The translations under genes were made by a program, and so were the position numbers. This document shows, piece by piece, positions 53,880-63,006 of a stretch of DNA of 64,000 nucleotides. A model generated the notes under the pieces. It was not told the DNA's origin. It did not search any database and worked only from the letters and a program-made list of their open reading frames with translations. The stretch comes from an uncultured Chloroflexia bacterium (lineage in GTDB: Bacteria; Chloroflexota; Limnocylindria; Limnocylindrales; CSP1-4), in contig CAVUFD010000002.1 in NCBI GenBank assembly GCA_963740825.1, positions 4,267-68,266 of the forward strand, written 5' to 3'. Numbering within the stretch: the stretch's first letter is position 1; the number at the start of each line of letters is the position of its first letter.

Positions 53880-55150
53880 CCTATGTCAAGCGGCCATGAC
53901 GAGCGGTGCTCGTCCGGCTGCCTGACCGGCTTCATCGTCGCGCATCCGGCGGAAGACCTCGTCGCTGATCCGGCGGCGGAGGGCACGAATCGCCTCCGTT
54001 TTGGTGTCGCCAGCGGAGCGCCGATGCTCGATGTACTCGCGACCGGGTCCGGGCCGCTGCAGCTGGGTGATGGCGATCCGATGGAGGGCGAGGTTGAGCT
54101 GGCGGTTGCCGCCGCGGCTGAGCCGGTGGCGAACGACGTTGCCCGACCAGACCGGGACCGGTGCGGTGCCGTTGTGGCGGGCGAAGGCCGCCTTCGAGCG
54201 GAAGCGGCCGATGCCCGCCGACTCGCCGAGGAGCTTGGCCGCGGTGAGTCGGCCGCAGCCGGTCAGCGCCAGCAGGCTGGGGCAGAGGCCCTCGACCAGG
54301 TGGCCGATCTCGCGCTCGAGCCGATCAATCGCGACGCTTAGCTCGCGGATGCGCGCGACAAGGTCGCGGGCCAGTCGGGCAACGACGCCTGGCTCGTCGA
54401 CGAGACGGATCTCGAGCTCGGCGAGGACATGGGCCCGATCCAGCGAGCGCGGCCCTGGCTCCTCGCCGGGCATGAGCTCGTGGAGGTGCCAGCGGAGCCG
54501 GTTCTGATCGCGGGTCCGGGTCGCCACGAGGTCCTCGCGATGGTCGACCAGGAGGCGCACCTCGCGCTCGGGGCCGTCGAGGGTCGCAACCGGCAGGTCA
54601 GGTTCGCGAAGAGCGGCCCGGGCGACCGCAAGCGCGTCGATCGGGTCACTCTTGCCGGGCTCGCGGGTCGAGCGCCTGGCTCCGGCCATCAGCTTGGGCG
54701 GCACCCGGACGACGCGCTCACCGGCGCGCACGAGGTCGCGCTCGAACGTCCTTGACAGGTGGCGGCAGTCCTCGAGGGCGATCATCCGGTCCGGCCACCG
54801 GCCGAGCCAGCGGCGGAGCTCGAGATGACCGGCCGGGGTGGCGCTGGCGGTCTTCTCGGCGATCGGGCGGCCCGCCGCGTCGACCGCGACCAGGGTGTGG
54901 CTGCGCTTGTGCAGATCGGCGCCAATGACGACCATATCCCGTGTCTCCTCCCAACCAGGGGCGACAGCTGAGGACCGGTCGACGGACACGCCTGAGTGGG
55001 GGCGTTGCCACGCTCCTATGAAGTCACGTCGGCCGGTCCGACGCGTCCGACGGCCGGCACAACGCATGGATGCCACACCAAGGCGGTGGGCAGGCAGTCT
55101 AGGAGCCAAGCCGTCGGACACACGAGAGGGTGACACTCAGGCCAGTCTAC
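53880..55150 (-). mobile_element. IS110-family insertion sequence (boundaries approximate)
   Basis: Contains the transposase gene 53886-54935. An outward-facing TTGACA overlaps the transposase stop. IS110 elements lack terminal inverted repeats, so the ends are not resolvable by eye. Confidence 0.5.
53886..54935 (-). CDS. IS110-family transposase (DEDD N-terminal + Transposase_20 C-terminal)
   Basis: MVVIGADLHKRSHTLVAVDAAG ... LLALTGCGRLTAAKLLGE ... RQLNLALHRIAITQL. Confidence 0.85.
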   Translation of the reverse strand: MVVIGADLHKRSHTLVAVDAAGRPIAEKTASATPAGHLELRRWLGRWPDRMIALEDCRHLSRTFERDLVRAGERVVRVPPKLMAGARRSTREPGKSDPIDALAVARAALREPDLPVATLDGPEREVRLLVDHREDLVATRTRDQNRLRWHLHELMPGEEPGPRSLDRAHVLAELEIRLVDEPGVVARLARDLVARIRELSVAIDRLEREIGHLVEGLCPSLLALTGCGRLTAAKLLGESAGIGRFRSKAAFARHNGTAPVPVWSGNVVRHRLSRGGNRQLNLALHRIAITQLQRPGPGREYIEHRRSAGDTKTEAIRALRRRISDEVFRRMRDDEAGQAAGRAPLVMAA

Positions 55151-55269
55151 CGGGTGGTTCGTGCGGGGACCGACGGCCCGATGGTCCTGGGCACCGACGC
55201 CGGCGCACGTGGCGGGGGCACCGTGGCGGGGCCCCGCGCCCGGCCCACGCGGAGTGCATGATCGGCGCG

Positions 55270-55952
55270 TGAAGGGTGCCGGGCTACGGGTGGTGATCGC
55301 CGAGGACTCCGTGCTGCTGCGCGAGGGCCTGGTCCGACTGCTCGAGGACGCCGGGGCGTCGGTCGTTGCCAAGGTCGGCGACGGCCCGTCGCTCGTCGAC
55401 GCGGTCGTCGAGCACCGGCCGGACGTGTCGGTGGTCGACGTCCGGATGCCCCCGACCCAGCGCGACGAGGGGCTGCGGGCGGCGATCGAGGCGCGCCGCC
55501 GCGTGCCGGGCTCGCCGGTCCTCGTGCTCAGCCAGTACGTCGAGCGCCAGTACGCGAGCGAGCTGCTCGCGGACCGGGGCGGTGGCGTGGGCTACCTCCT
55601 CAAGGACCGCGTCGCGGACGTCCGCGAGTTCATGGACGCGCTCGCCCGCGTGGCGGCCGGCGGGACCGCGCTCGATCCGGAGGTCGTCGCCCAGCTCATG
55701 GTCAGCCGCCGGCGCGACGACCGGCTGGCGGCCCTGACGCCGCGCGAGCGGGAGGTCCTGGCCGCGATGGCCGAGGGCAAGACCAACGTCGGGATCGCCG
55801 CGGCGCTCGTGATCAGCGAGGGCGCCGCGGAGAAGCACATCACGAGCATCCTCGGCAAGCTCGACCTGCCCGACACCGAGAACGACAACCGGCGGGTGCT
55901 CGCCGTGCTCGCCTACCTCGACGCGGAGGGGGGTCCCGACCCGGGCGCCTAG
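55270..55952 (+). CDS. NarL/LuxR-family response regulator (LiaR/VraR-like)
   Basis: GTG start. LRVVIAEDSVLLREG...VSVVDVRMP (REC). LuxR HTH LTPREREVLAAMAEGKTNVGIAAALVISEGAAEKHITSILGKL. Confidence 0.8.
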
Positions 55953-56165
55953 CCCGTGCCGCCGGGTCCCGAAGCGGAGCCAGGCCGCGCCGCCGGGTCC
56001 GACCCCGGGCGCCTAGCCGCGCCGCCGGACGCCATCCGCGCCGCCGGCCGAGCTCGCGCCTGCGGGTCCCAACCCGGGCGCCTAGCCGCACGCCGGCCGA
56101 CCCGGGCGCCCCGACCCGGGCGTCCAGCCGCGCCGCCGGCCGACCCGGGCGCCTCGCGTCACGCC
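55932..56165. repeat. array of about 5-6 imperfect direct repeats derived from / overlapping the 3' end of the response-regulator gene (core GACCCGGGCGCCTAGCC)
   Basis: Copies at about 55932, 55994, 56062, 56099, 56114 and 56150. Period about 62-68 bp, then shorter. Each of the first three carries the regulator's terminal ...GPDPGA-stop coding string. Confidence 0.6.
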
Positions 56166-56720
56166 TGCGTGTGGTGTTGGAGCCGGGCGATCCGGCCATC
56201 CCGCCTTGGATACGCCTCCCGATGGTGCCGCGAGGTGGATCGGCGTATCGGCGGGTCACAGCACTCCACCCAGGCGTAAGACGCGAGAACCTTCGGCTCC
56301 GAGCCGGCCCGGCGGTCGGCCTGCGTCGGGTTCGCGAGACCGGCCGATGCCCGCCCGCTCCGGGGACCAGGCGTTCGAGTCACATGTCCGCGGTGCGGGC
56401 GCTACCGCACGCGGCCATGCCACGCGCCCGCCCCGCGAGCGCAACCGACATGACGACCGCCAGTTCGTGCCGGCGGTCCGCGGTGCGGGCGTTGGTCACG
56501 ATGGTCGTGACCACGGTCCGCGAGATGGCCCGCTGACACCAGTGGTGGTCGTCGGCACGCTCGACCGGGCCCGCCGAGACCGGCGCGGGCGCCACCAACG
56601 CAACTACGGTCCGCCGCGTGAGCATCTGCCGAATTCGGGGCCGGCCGGCCGACGAACGATGGCGCGGCCGACGGCGACGGCGCGACCGACGGCGACGGCG
56701 CGACCGACGGCGAGCGACCC

Positions 56721-58073
56721 TCAGTGCGGCCCCAACGGCAGGTCGATGCGCACGACCGTCGGGCCGCCGGCGGGGCTCGTGACCGCGAGATTCCCGTCGA
56801 GCGCCTGCGCCCGATCGCGCAGGCCGGCCAGCCCGCCGCCCGACGCCGGTGTGGCGCCGCCGACCCCGTCGTCCCGCACCTCGACTACGAGGGCCCACGG
56901 GTCGCGGCGGACCGCGACCTCGCAGCGGGTCGCGCGGCTGTGCTTGGCCACGTTCGCGAGCGCCTCGACGACCACGAAGTAGGCGGCGCGCTCGACGACC
57001 GGCGGCAGCCGCTCGCCCGGTCCGAGCGTGCTGATGACGGTGGTCGGCACGGGACAGCCTGCGGCGACCGCCGCCAGGGCCGCGTCGAGCCCGCGGTCGA
57101 CGAGGATCGCCGGCATCGTGCCGCGGACCAGGTCCCGCAGCTCGGCCAGCGCAAGCCGGGCCTGCGCCCGCGCGTCGGCGACGATCTCCTTCGCCAAAAC
57201 GGGATCGGTGTCGATCCGCTCCTCTGCCCGCCCGAGGTCGATCGCGAGCGACACCAGCCGCTGCTGGGCGCCGTCGTGGAGGTCGCGCTCGATGCGCCGC
57301 AGCTCCGTGGCCTCGAGCTCGAGCGCCGCGGAGCGGCTGCCCCGGAGGCGCTCGACGTCCTGGCGAAGGGCCGCCGTCGGGTCGACACACAGCAGCCCCT
57401 GGACGACCGCCCTGTGGAGGATCATCAGCCCGCGCGAGACGACGGCCGCGACCGGCACCAGCACCAGCCCGACGAGGAACGCGATCGGGAGCACGCCGGG
57501 TGCGGACTCCGGCACGCGGGCCAGCAGCTCCGGCGATCCCACCGAGCGGATGATGCGGTCGATGAGCGGGGCCGCCAGCAGCGCGAACGCCGCCAGCCAC
57601 AGGCCGATGGCCACGAGGAACTCGAGGATTCCGAGCGGCAGCAGGACCAGGACGTAGACCACGTCGCGCCAGCGGTTCGCGTCCAGGAACTGCGCCTCGG
57701 CCCAGGTCCGCAGCCACGGGCCGTACGGCGACCGCGGCCAGCCGTTGAGCGGCTGGTAAGCGTGGGGGACGAGCGGCCGCGGGTCCGCGAGCGTCATCCG
57801 CCAGCGCTCCACCCGCGCGAACAGCCGGCTGACCTCGATGCCGAGCGCGATGATCGGGATCCCGATCAGCCAGATCAGCAGCGAGCCGCCGGTGGAGAAG
57901 CACACGCTGAGCGCGGCCGCCGACAGGATCGCGACCCCGAGGCCGATGACGATCGCGACCGTCGCCAGCCACGTCGCCGGCTGGAGCGGCGACCGGATGA
58001 AGGCGCGCAGTAGGTCGGCCGGTCGGGCGACGGTCGGGGCCGGGTCCTGGAAGCCAGCCGTCCCGCTCATCGC
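56721..58073 (-). CDS. membrane sensor histidine kinase, HisKA_3/NarL-type (LiaS/VraS-like)
   Basis: At least 5 N-terminal TM helices. H-box ERDLHDGAQQRLVSLAIDL. ATPase VVVEALANVAKHS ... DDGVGG ... GGLAGLRDRA. Confidence 0.8.
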   Translation of the reverse strand, partial: AMSGTAGFQDPAPTVARPADLLRAFIRSPLQPATWLATVAIVIGLGVAILSAAALSVCFSTGGSLLIWLIGIPIIALGIEVSRLFARVERWRMTLADPRPLVPHAYQPLNGWPRSPYGPWLRTWAEAQFLDANRWRDVVYVLVLLPLGILEFLVAIGLWLAAFALLAAPLIDRIIRSVGSPELLARVPESAPGVLPIAFLVGLVLVPVAAVVSRGLMILHRAVVQGLLCVDPTAALRQDVERLRGSRSAALELEATELRRIERDLHDGAQQRLVSLAIDLGRAEERIDTDPVLAKEIVADARAQARLALAELRDLVRGTMPAILVDRGLDAALAAVAAGCPVPTTVISTLGPGERLPPVVERAAYFVVVEALANVAKHSRATRCEVAVRRDPWALVVEVRDDGVGGATPASGGGLAGLRDRAQALDGNLAVTSPAGGPTVVRIDLPLGPH

Positions 58074-58196
58074 CGCGACCCTATCACCGGGACCGGGACG
58101 CGAGGCGACGCCCGGCGGCACGGCGGTCGCATCGACGACCGGGGCACCGACGAGCGTCGCATCGGGAGAGGATCCGGCGCGCCGGCCGGGACCAAC

Positions 58197-59126
58197 CTAG
58201 CTCGCGCTGGGCAGCGGCTGGGTCGAGCCGGCCGAGCTCACGGACGTCGTGGGCGGGCGGAGGATCCGCCAGGCGATCACGAGCAGGGCGCCGAACCCGA
58301 ACAGCGTCGCGATGGCGCTGACGAAGGGGACGATGCCGGCGAGCGCGAGCACGATGACCCCGACGACCGCCGCGGCGTAGGGTCGCTCGGCCCGCGGGCC
58401 GCCCGATCGGCCGAGGATCCAGTCGCCGACCCAGATCGCGGCCACGATCCAGCCGATGAAGGCGAGCGCGGGCAGCACCAGCAACAGGGCGCCCAGGCCG
58501 AACGGCGCGCCGATGACGGTGATGGTCAGGAGCACGGCCAGGATCGGCAGCGCCACCGACCCGATCAGGCCCGCGACGAGCACCGTGCCCGGCTCGTTCG
58601 AGATCAGCGACTCCGCGTGGCGGACCTGGCGCGCGCCGAAGGCGGCGACCAACAGGGCGACCGCGATGGCCGCCACGCCGATGCCGACGAACAGGACGAG
58701 GATGAGCGGGATCAGGAGCAGCGCGAACGCCGCGACGTTGGCCTCGAACGACCGGACGGTGCCGGTCACGACCGCGTCGGCGGCCCGGTTGACCGTGCCG
58801 TCGTACGTGCGGACGTCGCCCGTGACGTGCGACCCCGCCTGGAGGTCGGCCGTGCCGTTCATCACGACCAGCGAGCCGGCCGTCGCGGCGGTGAGGGTCG
58901 CCGTGCCGTCGACGACCACGATGGTGTCCACGGAACCCTCGACGGTCGCGTCGGCGCGGACGACGACGAGCGTGTCGACGTGATCGCCGGCGGGGACGTC
59001 GACGTCACGGTCGACCGACAGGACGAAGCTCCGGGAGCTCGATGTGGGCTCGGCGGCAAGCGCGACAGGCGCCGCCAGGCCGAGCAGGACCGCGACGGCG
59101 GCGACGATGAGCAGGATGCGCGACAT
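58197..59126 (-). CDS. toastrack/DUF4097-like beta-repeat domain membrane protein (LiaF/VraT-like accessory protein)
   Basis: Signal/TM MSRILLIVAAVAVLLGLAAPVALA. Repetitive V/T/G/D-rich beta-helix-like region (GDHVDTLVVVRADATVEGSVDTIVVVDGTATL...). About 5 C-terminal TM helices. Sits directly upstream of the kinase. Confidence 0.55.
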   Translation of the reverse strand: MSRILLIVAAVAVLLGLAAPVALAAEPTSSSRSFVLSVDRDVDVPAGDHVDTLVVVRADATVEGSVDTIVVVDGTATLTAATAGSLVVMNGTADLQAGSHVTGDVRTYDGTVNRAADAVVTGTVRSFEANVAAFALLLIPLILVLFVGIGVAAIAVALLVAAFGARQVRHAESLISNEPGTVLVAGLIGSVALPILAVLLTITVIGAPFGLGALLLVLPALAFIGWIVAAIWVGDWILGRSGGPRAERPYAAAVVGVIVLALAGIVPFVSAIATLFGFGALLVIAWRILRPPTTSVSSAGSTQPLPSAS

Positions 59127-59401
59127 GTGATCAGACCTCGTGGTGGCCGGGTCGCCTTCGACCCGGTCTGGAATGCGGCCCTCGCTGTGGGCGGGCCGGG
59201 CACCAGGCACGTCGCCCGGGTGTCGAGACGAGGCTAGGCTCGCCGCCGTCGCGCGCCCATCCGGCCAGCGGGCGTCCCTGGGGTGGGGTTAGCCCCATCG
59301 GGCGCCGCCGGGTCGCGCGACGGCATGCCATTCGCCGTGCGGCCCATACTCGGACGATGCGCCTCGAGCTCGATGGCGACCCGCTGAACTGACCCTCGGT
59401 C

Positions 59402-59845
59402 TCAGCGCCGCAGGACGTCGGGGATCTTCGGCTCGTCGCCCTGCCACAGTGAGAGCTCCTCGGTCGACAGCCGGCCGAAGTAGTTCATGAAGTGGGCGCC
59501 GAACCGTTCGAGCAGCGGGCGGATCGTGGCGATCCGGTTCCGATCCGTCACCCTGACGGCGAGCACCGCTCGACCGTCCTCGATCGCCCGCTCGTAGACG
59601 AGGAAGTCGGGCAGCTGGTCCATCGACAGGAACTGGAACGCGCGCACGAGGCGCGACAGCGGGTTGGGCCGCGAGCCCAGCCCCGCGAGCTGCGCGCGAC
59701 CGTCGGCCCCGGCCAGCACCTCGACGTCGCCGGGTGCGACGCCGGCCTGGCTCAGCGCCGCCGCCGCCTCGCTGGCCCGCGCAGGGTCGTCGATCACCGC
59801 CAGGAGGCGCTGGGTGGGGTAGGTGATGATCGGCCGCGACGGCAT
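59402..59845 (-). CDS. conserved hypothetical protein (147 aa, soluble)
   Basis: Clean ORF with strong GC3 bias and no recognisable motif. Confidence 0.45.
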   Translation of the reverse strand: MPSRPIITYPTQRLLAVIDDPARASEAAAALSQAGVAPGDVEVLAGADGRAQLAGLGSRPNPLSRLVRAFQFLSMDQLPDFLVYERAIEDGRAVLAVRVTDRNRIATIRPLLERFGAHFMNYFGRLSTEELSLWQGDEPKIPDVLRR

Positions 59846-59863
59846 GCTCAGGCTCCTGGCACG

Positions 59864-61117
59864 TCAGATCGCTCCCAGGTCGCGCAGCGTCTCGACGTCG
59901 GCGCGCCGGTAGCCGAGCTCGGCCAGGATCTCCGCCGCGTGCTCGCCCAGCAGCGGCGGCGCGCTCCGGATCGACGCCGGGGTCGCCGATAGCCGGAAGG
60001 GCAGGCCGACCTGGCGCACGGCGCCGAGCACGGGATGCTCGACCTCCACGACCATCTCGCGGGCCACGGCCTGCGGCGACGCGAACGCCGCGCTCACGTC
60101 GTTGATGGGGCCCCACGGGATGTCGGCGCGGTCGAGGATCGCCGCCCAGTCGGCGGTCGAGTGGCTCGCGAACCGCGACGCCAGGATCGGCCGGAGGTCG
60201 GCCCGGTGGACGACGCGGTCGCCGTTCGTCGCGTACCACGGGTCCTGCGCCAGGCCCGGCAGCCCGATCGCCTCGCACAGGCGCGGCCACTGGCGCTCGC
60301 TCCCGACGGCGACCGCGAGCTCGCCGTCCGCCGTCCGGAACGTCTCATAGGGCACCAGGTTCGGGTGGGCGTTGCCCATTCGCTGCGGCGCCCGGCCGCC
60401 GACGAACGCGTTCTGCGCCTGGTTAACCAGCACGGCGAGCGTGGACTCGAGCAACGACACGTCGATCCGCTGGCCGGCGCCCGACTCGCCGGCTCGTGCG
60501 AGCAGCCCGGCCAGCACCGAGACCGCCCCGAACAGCCCGCTGACGACGTCGCTGATGGCCACCCCGACCTTCGTCGGCTGCCCGCCATCCTCGTCGGTCG
60601 CGCCCGTGATCGACATCAGCCCGCCGACGGCCTGCATGACGAAGTCGTAGCCGGGCTTCGCGGCGTCCGGCCCGTCGTTGCCGAAGCCGGAGATCGCGAG
60701 GTGGACCAGGCCGGGGTTCAGCCTGGTCAGCGCCGCGTCCCCGAAACCGAGCCGGTCCAGCGCCCCGACCCGGAAGTTCTCGACCAGGACGTCCGAGCCG
60801 GCGATCAGGCGCCGCAGCACCTCGCGGCCCGGATCTGCGCGCAGGTCCAGGCGGATCGATCGCTTGTTGCGGTTGACGGCGAGGAAGTAGGCGGCCGTCC
60901 GGGTTCCGGCCGCCTCGTCACCCACCCACGGCGGGCCCCAGCCACGCGTGGCGTCGCCCTCCGGCGGTTCCACCTTGACCACGTCGGCGCCGAGGTCCGC
61001 CAGCAGCATCGTGCAGTACGGGCCCGCCAGGACGGTCGAGCAGTCTGCGACCCGAATGCCGGCCAGCGGGCCGGACGCGGCGGTGGGTGGGCCCCCCTGG
61101 CCCCGCAGGCCTGCCAT
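59864..61117 (-). CDS. CoA-transferase family III (CaiB/BaiF) protein
   Basis: LAGIRVADCSTVLAGPYCTMLLADLGADVVKVEPPEGD ... catalytic-Asp region. Confidence 0.85.
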   Translation of the reverse strand: MAGLRGQGGPPTAASGPLAGIRVADCSTVLAGPYCTMLLADLGADVVKVEPPEGDATRGWGPPWVGDEAAGTRTAAYFLAVNRNKRSIRLDLRADPGREVLRRLIAGSDVLVENFRVGALDRLGFGDAALTRLNPGLVHLAISGFGNDGPDAAKPGYDFVMQAVGGLMSITGATDEDGGQPTKVGVAISDVVSGLFGAVSVLAGLLARAGESGAGQRIDVSLLESTLAVLVNQAQNAFVGGRAPQRMGNAHPNLVPYETFRTADGELAVAVGSERQWPRLCEAIGLPGLAQDPWYATNGDRVVHRADLRPILASRFASHSTADWAAILDRADIPWGPINDVSAAFASPQAVAREMVVEVEHPVLGAVRQVGLPFRLSATPASIRSAPPLLGEHAAEILAELGYRRADVETLRDLGAI

Positions 61118-61262
61118 CGAGCGATGGTAGCCCGGGGCGCCAGCGGTTCGTGACGTCCGTGGCCGCGGGCCATGGACGATTGCCGGTGGCCCAGCGACGG
61201 GTCGTGCGGCCTACTGGGCAGCACCGGGCGAACCGGCCCGGTGCCACATGAAGGAATGACCC

Positions 61263-61385
61263 ATGGAAGCCTCCCTGTTCGCGATCCTCGAGTTCGTCGC
61301 CCTGCTGGCGATGGTCGGCGCGGTCGCGGCGCTCTCCGGCAACGACACCCGCGATGGTTTCGCGCCGTACGGCGCGGGTGCCTGA
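61263..61385 (+). CDS. candidate small hydrophobic protein (40 aa), not in the supplied ORF track
   Basis: ATG preceded by AAGGAA at -11 to -6. MEASLFAILEFVALLAMVGAVAALSGNDTRDGFAPYGAGA. 37 of 41 codons end in G/C. Lies on the opposite strand between two minus-strand genes. Confidence 0.3.
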   Translation: MEASLFAILEFVALLAMVGAVAALSGNDTRDGFAPYGAGA

Positions 61386-61411
61386 ACCCGACCCTCGGCC
61401 GGGTCGCCCGG

Positions 61412-61899
61412 CTACCCGCCGGGTGCCTCCGGCACGCTGATATCGACCACGTCCGCGCCCGTGACCTTGATGAGGTCGACGGGCGCGAGGTGCACGTTGA
61501 CCCCGCGTGCACCGCCCCCGATCGCGACCAGATTCCGCTCCCGGATCGACGCATCCGCGATCACCGGCCATGGCCGGAGCGCCCCGAACGGGGTGATCGC
61601 CCCGCGCTCGTAGCCCGTGATCGCCCGGGCCTCCTCGGCGTCCGGCATCGACAGCCGGTTGGTGCCGAGGTGGGCGCGCAGCTTCGGCCAGTCGAACCGG
61701 CGCCCGCCGGGAACCAGGACGAACACGTAGTCATCGGTCGCGCGCCGGACGAGGATCGAGCGCAACAGCGCCCCCAGCTCGATGCCCTGGAATCCAGCGC
61801 TCTCCTCCGCGCTGCCGGCGATCTCGGTGCGCACGACCCGGAACGGCACGCCCGCGGCCTCGAGGGCGGCGATCGCGGGGGTGGTCGGCGGCTCGGTCA
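61412..61899 (-). CDS. YbaK/ProX-family aminoacyl-tRNA deacylase
   Basis: GTG start. GFQGIELGALLRSILVRRATDDYVFVLVPGGRRFDWPKLRAHLG...ITGYERGAITPFG. Confidence 0.7.
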
Positions 61900-61922
61900 C
61901 GGCTTCAGCGTACGATCTCGGC

Positions 61923-62969
61923 ATGAGCGAAGCGACATCCCCCCAGCCAGACCCCGATTCGACGCCCGGCCACGTGCCCACGCTGATGACCGTGCACGCC
62001 CACCCCGACGACGAGACGATCGGGACCGGCGGCACCATGGCCCTGGCGGTCCGTGCCGGCCGGCGCGTCGTGCTGGTGACCTGCACTCGCGGCGAGATGG
62101 GCGAGATCGTCGTCCCGGACATGGACACGCCCGAGAACCACCGACGGCTGGGCGAGATCCGGGCGGGCGAGCTCGAGCGGGCGATGGGCGCCCTGGGCGT
62201 GACCGAGTGGGAGAACCTCGGCTACAAGGACTCGGACATGATGGGTCGGGCCGGGAACCACGATGCCCGGTGCTTCTGGCAGGCGGACATCGACGAGGCG
62301 ATCGGCCGGCTCGTCTACCTCGTGCGGACGTACCAGCCCGACGTCATGACGACGTACAACGAGTTCGGCGGCTACGGCCATCCCGACCACATCCGCACCC
62401 ACCTCGTCGCCGTCGGCGCGTTCGCGCGGGCGGGCGACCCGGCCTGGTACCCGGAGCAGCTGGCGCCCGAGCACGGCGGCACCGGTGCGCCCGAGGGCGA
62501 GGGTGGGCTCCGGCCCTGGTCGCCCGCCAAGCTCTACATCCAGGCGATGCCCGCGTCGATCCGGACCGCGCTGAGCAAGAAGATGGAGGAGGTCGGCGAG
62601 CGCTCGTGGTGGACGCCGCCCGACGACGCGACCCCCGAGCAGATCGCGGAGTTCGAGACATTCGCCGCGAAGATGCTGGTCCCCGACGAGTCGATCACCA
62701 CCTGGGTCGACGTGTCGTCCGTGCTCGACGAGCGGTGGGCCGCGATCCGCGAGCACCGCACCCAGATCTCCGAGGACAACCCGTTCGTGCGGTTCGGGCG
62801 CGACGCGTGGAAGGAGTTCTGGGGTCGCGAGGCGTTCATCCGGCGCGAGTCGCGCGTGGCGGCGCCCGACGCCGAGACCGACGTGTTCGCGGGGCTCGAT
62901 GACCTGGCTCCCGGACCGAGCGGCTGGGGCGAGGGCGCCGAGCAGCCGGCCGCGGTCGGCGCCTCCTAG
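61923..62969 (+). CDS. PIG-L family N-acetylglucosaminyl deacetylase/amidase (MshB/Mca-like, mycothiol-type)
   Basis: LMTVHAHPDDETIGTGGTMA ... YNEFGGYGHPDHIRTHLV. Zinc-binding HxDD...H pattern of the LmbE/PIG-L family. Confidence 0.75.
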   Translation: MSEATSPQPDPDSTPGHVPTLMTVHAHPDDETIGTGGTMALAVRAGRRVVLVTCTRGEMGEIVVPDMDTPENHRRLGEIRAGELERAMGALGVTEWENLGYKDSDMMGRAGNHDARCFWQADIDEAIGRLVYLVRTYQPDVMTTYNEFGGYGHPDHIRTHLVAVGAFARAGDPAWYPEQLAPEHGGTGAPEGEGGLRPWSPAKLYIQAMPASIRTALSKKMEEVGERSWWTPPDDATPEQIAEFETFAAKMLVPDESITTWVDVSSVLDERWAAIREHRTQISEDNPFVRFGRDAWKEFWGREAFIRRESRVAAPDAETDVFAGLDDLAPGPSGWGEGAEQPAAVGAS

Positions 62970-63006
62970 CCAGGTCGTCGACCCGCTCGGGCGCGCCGAG
63001 CGCGGG

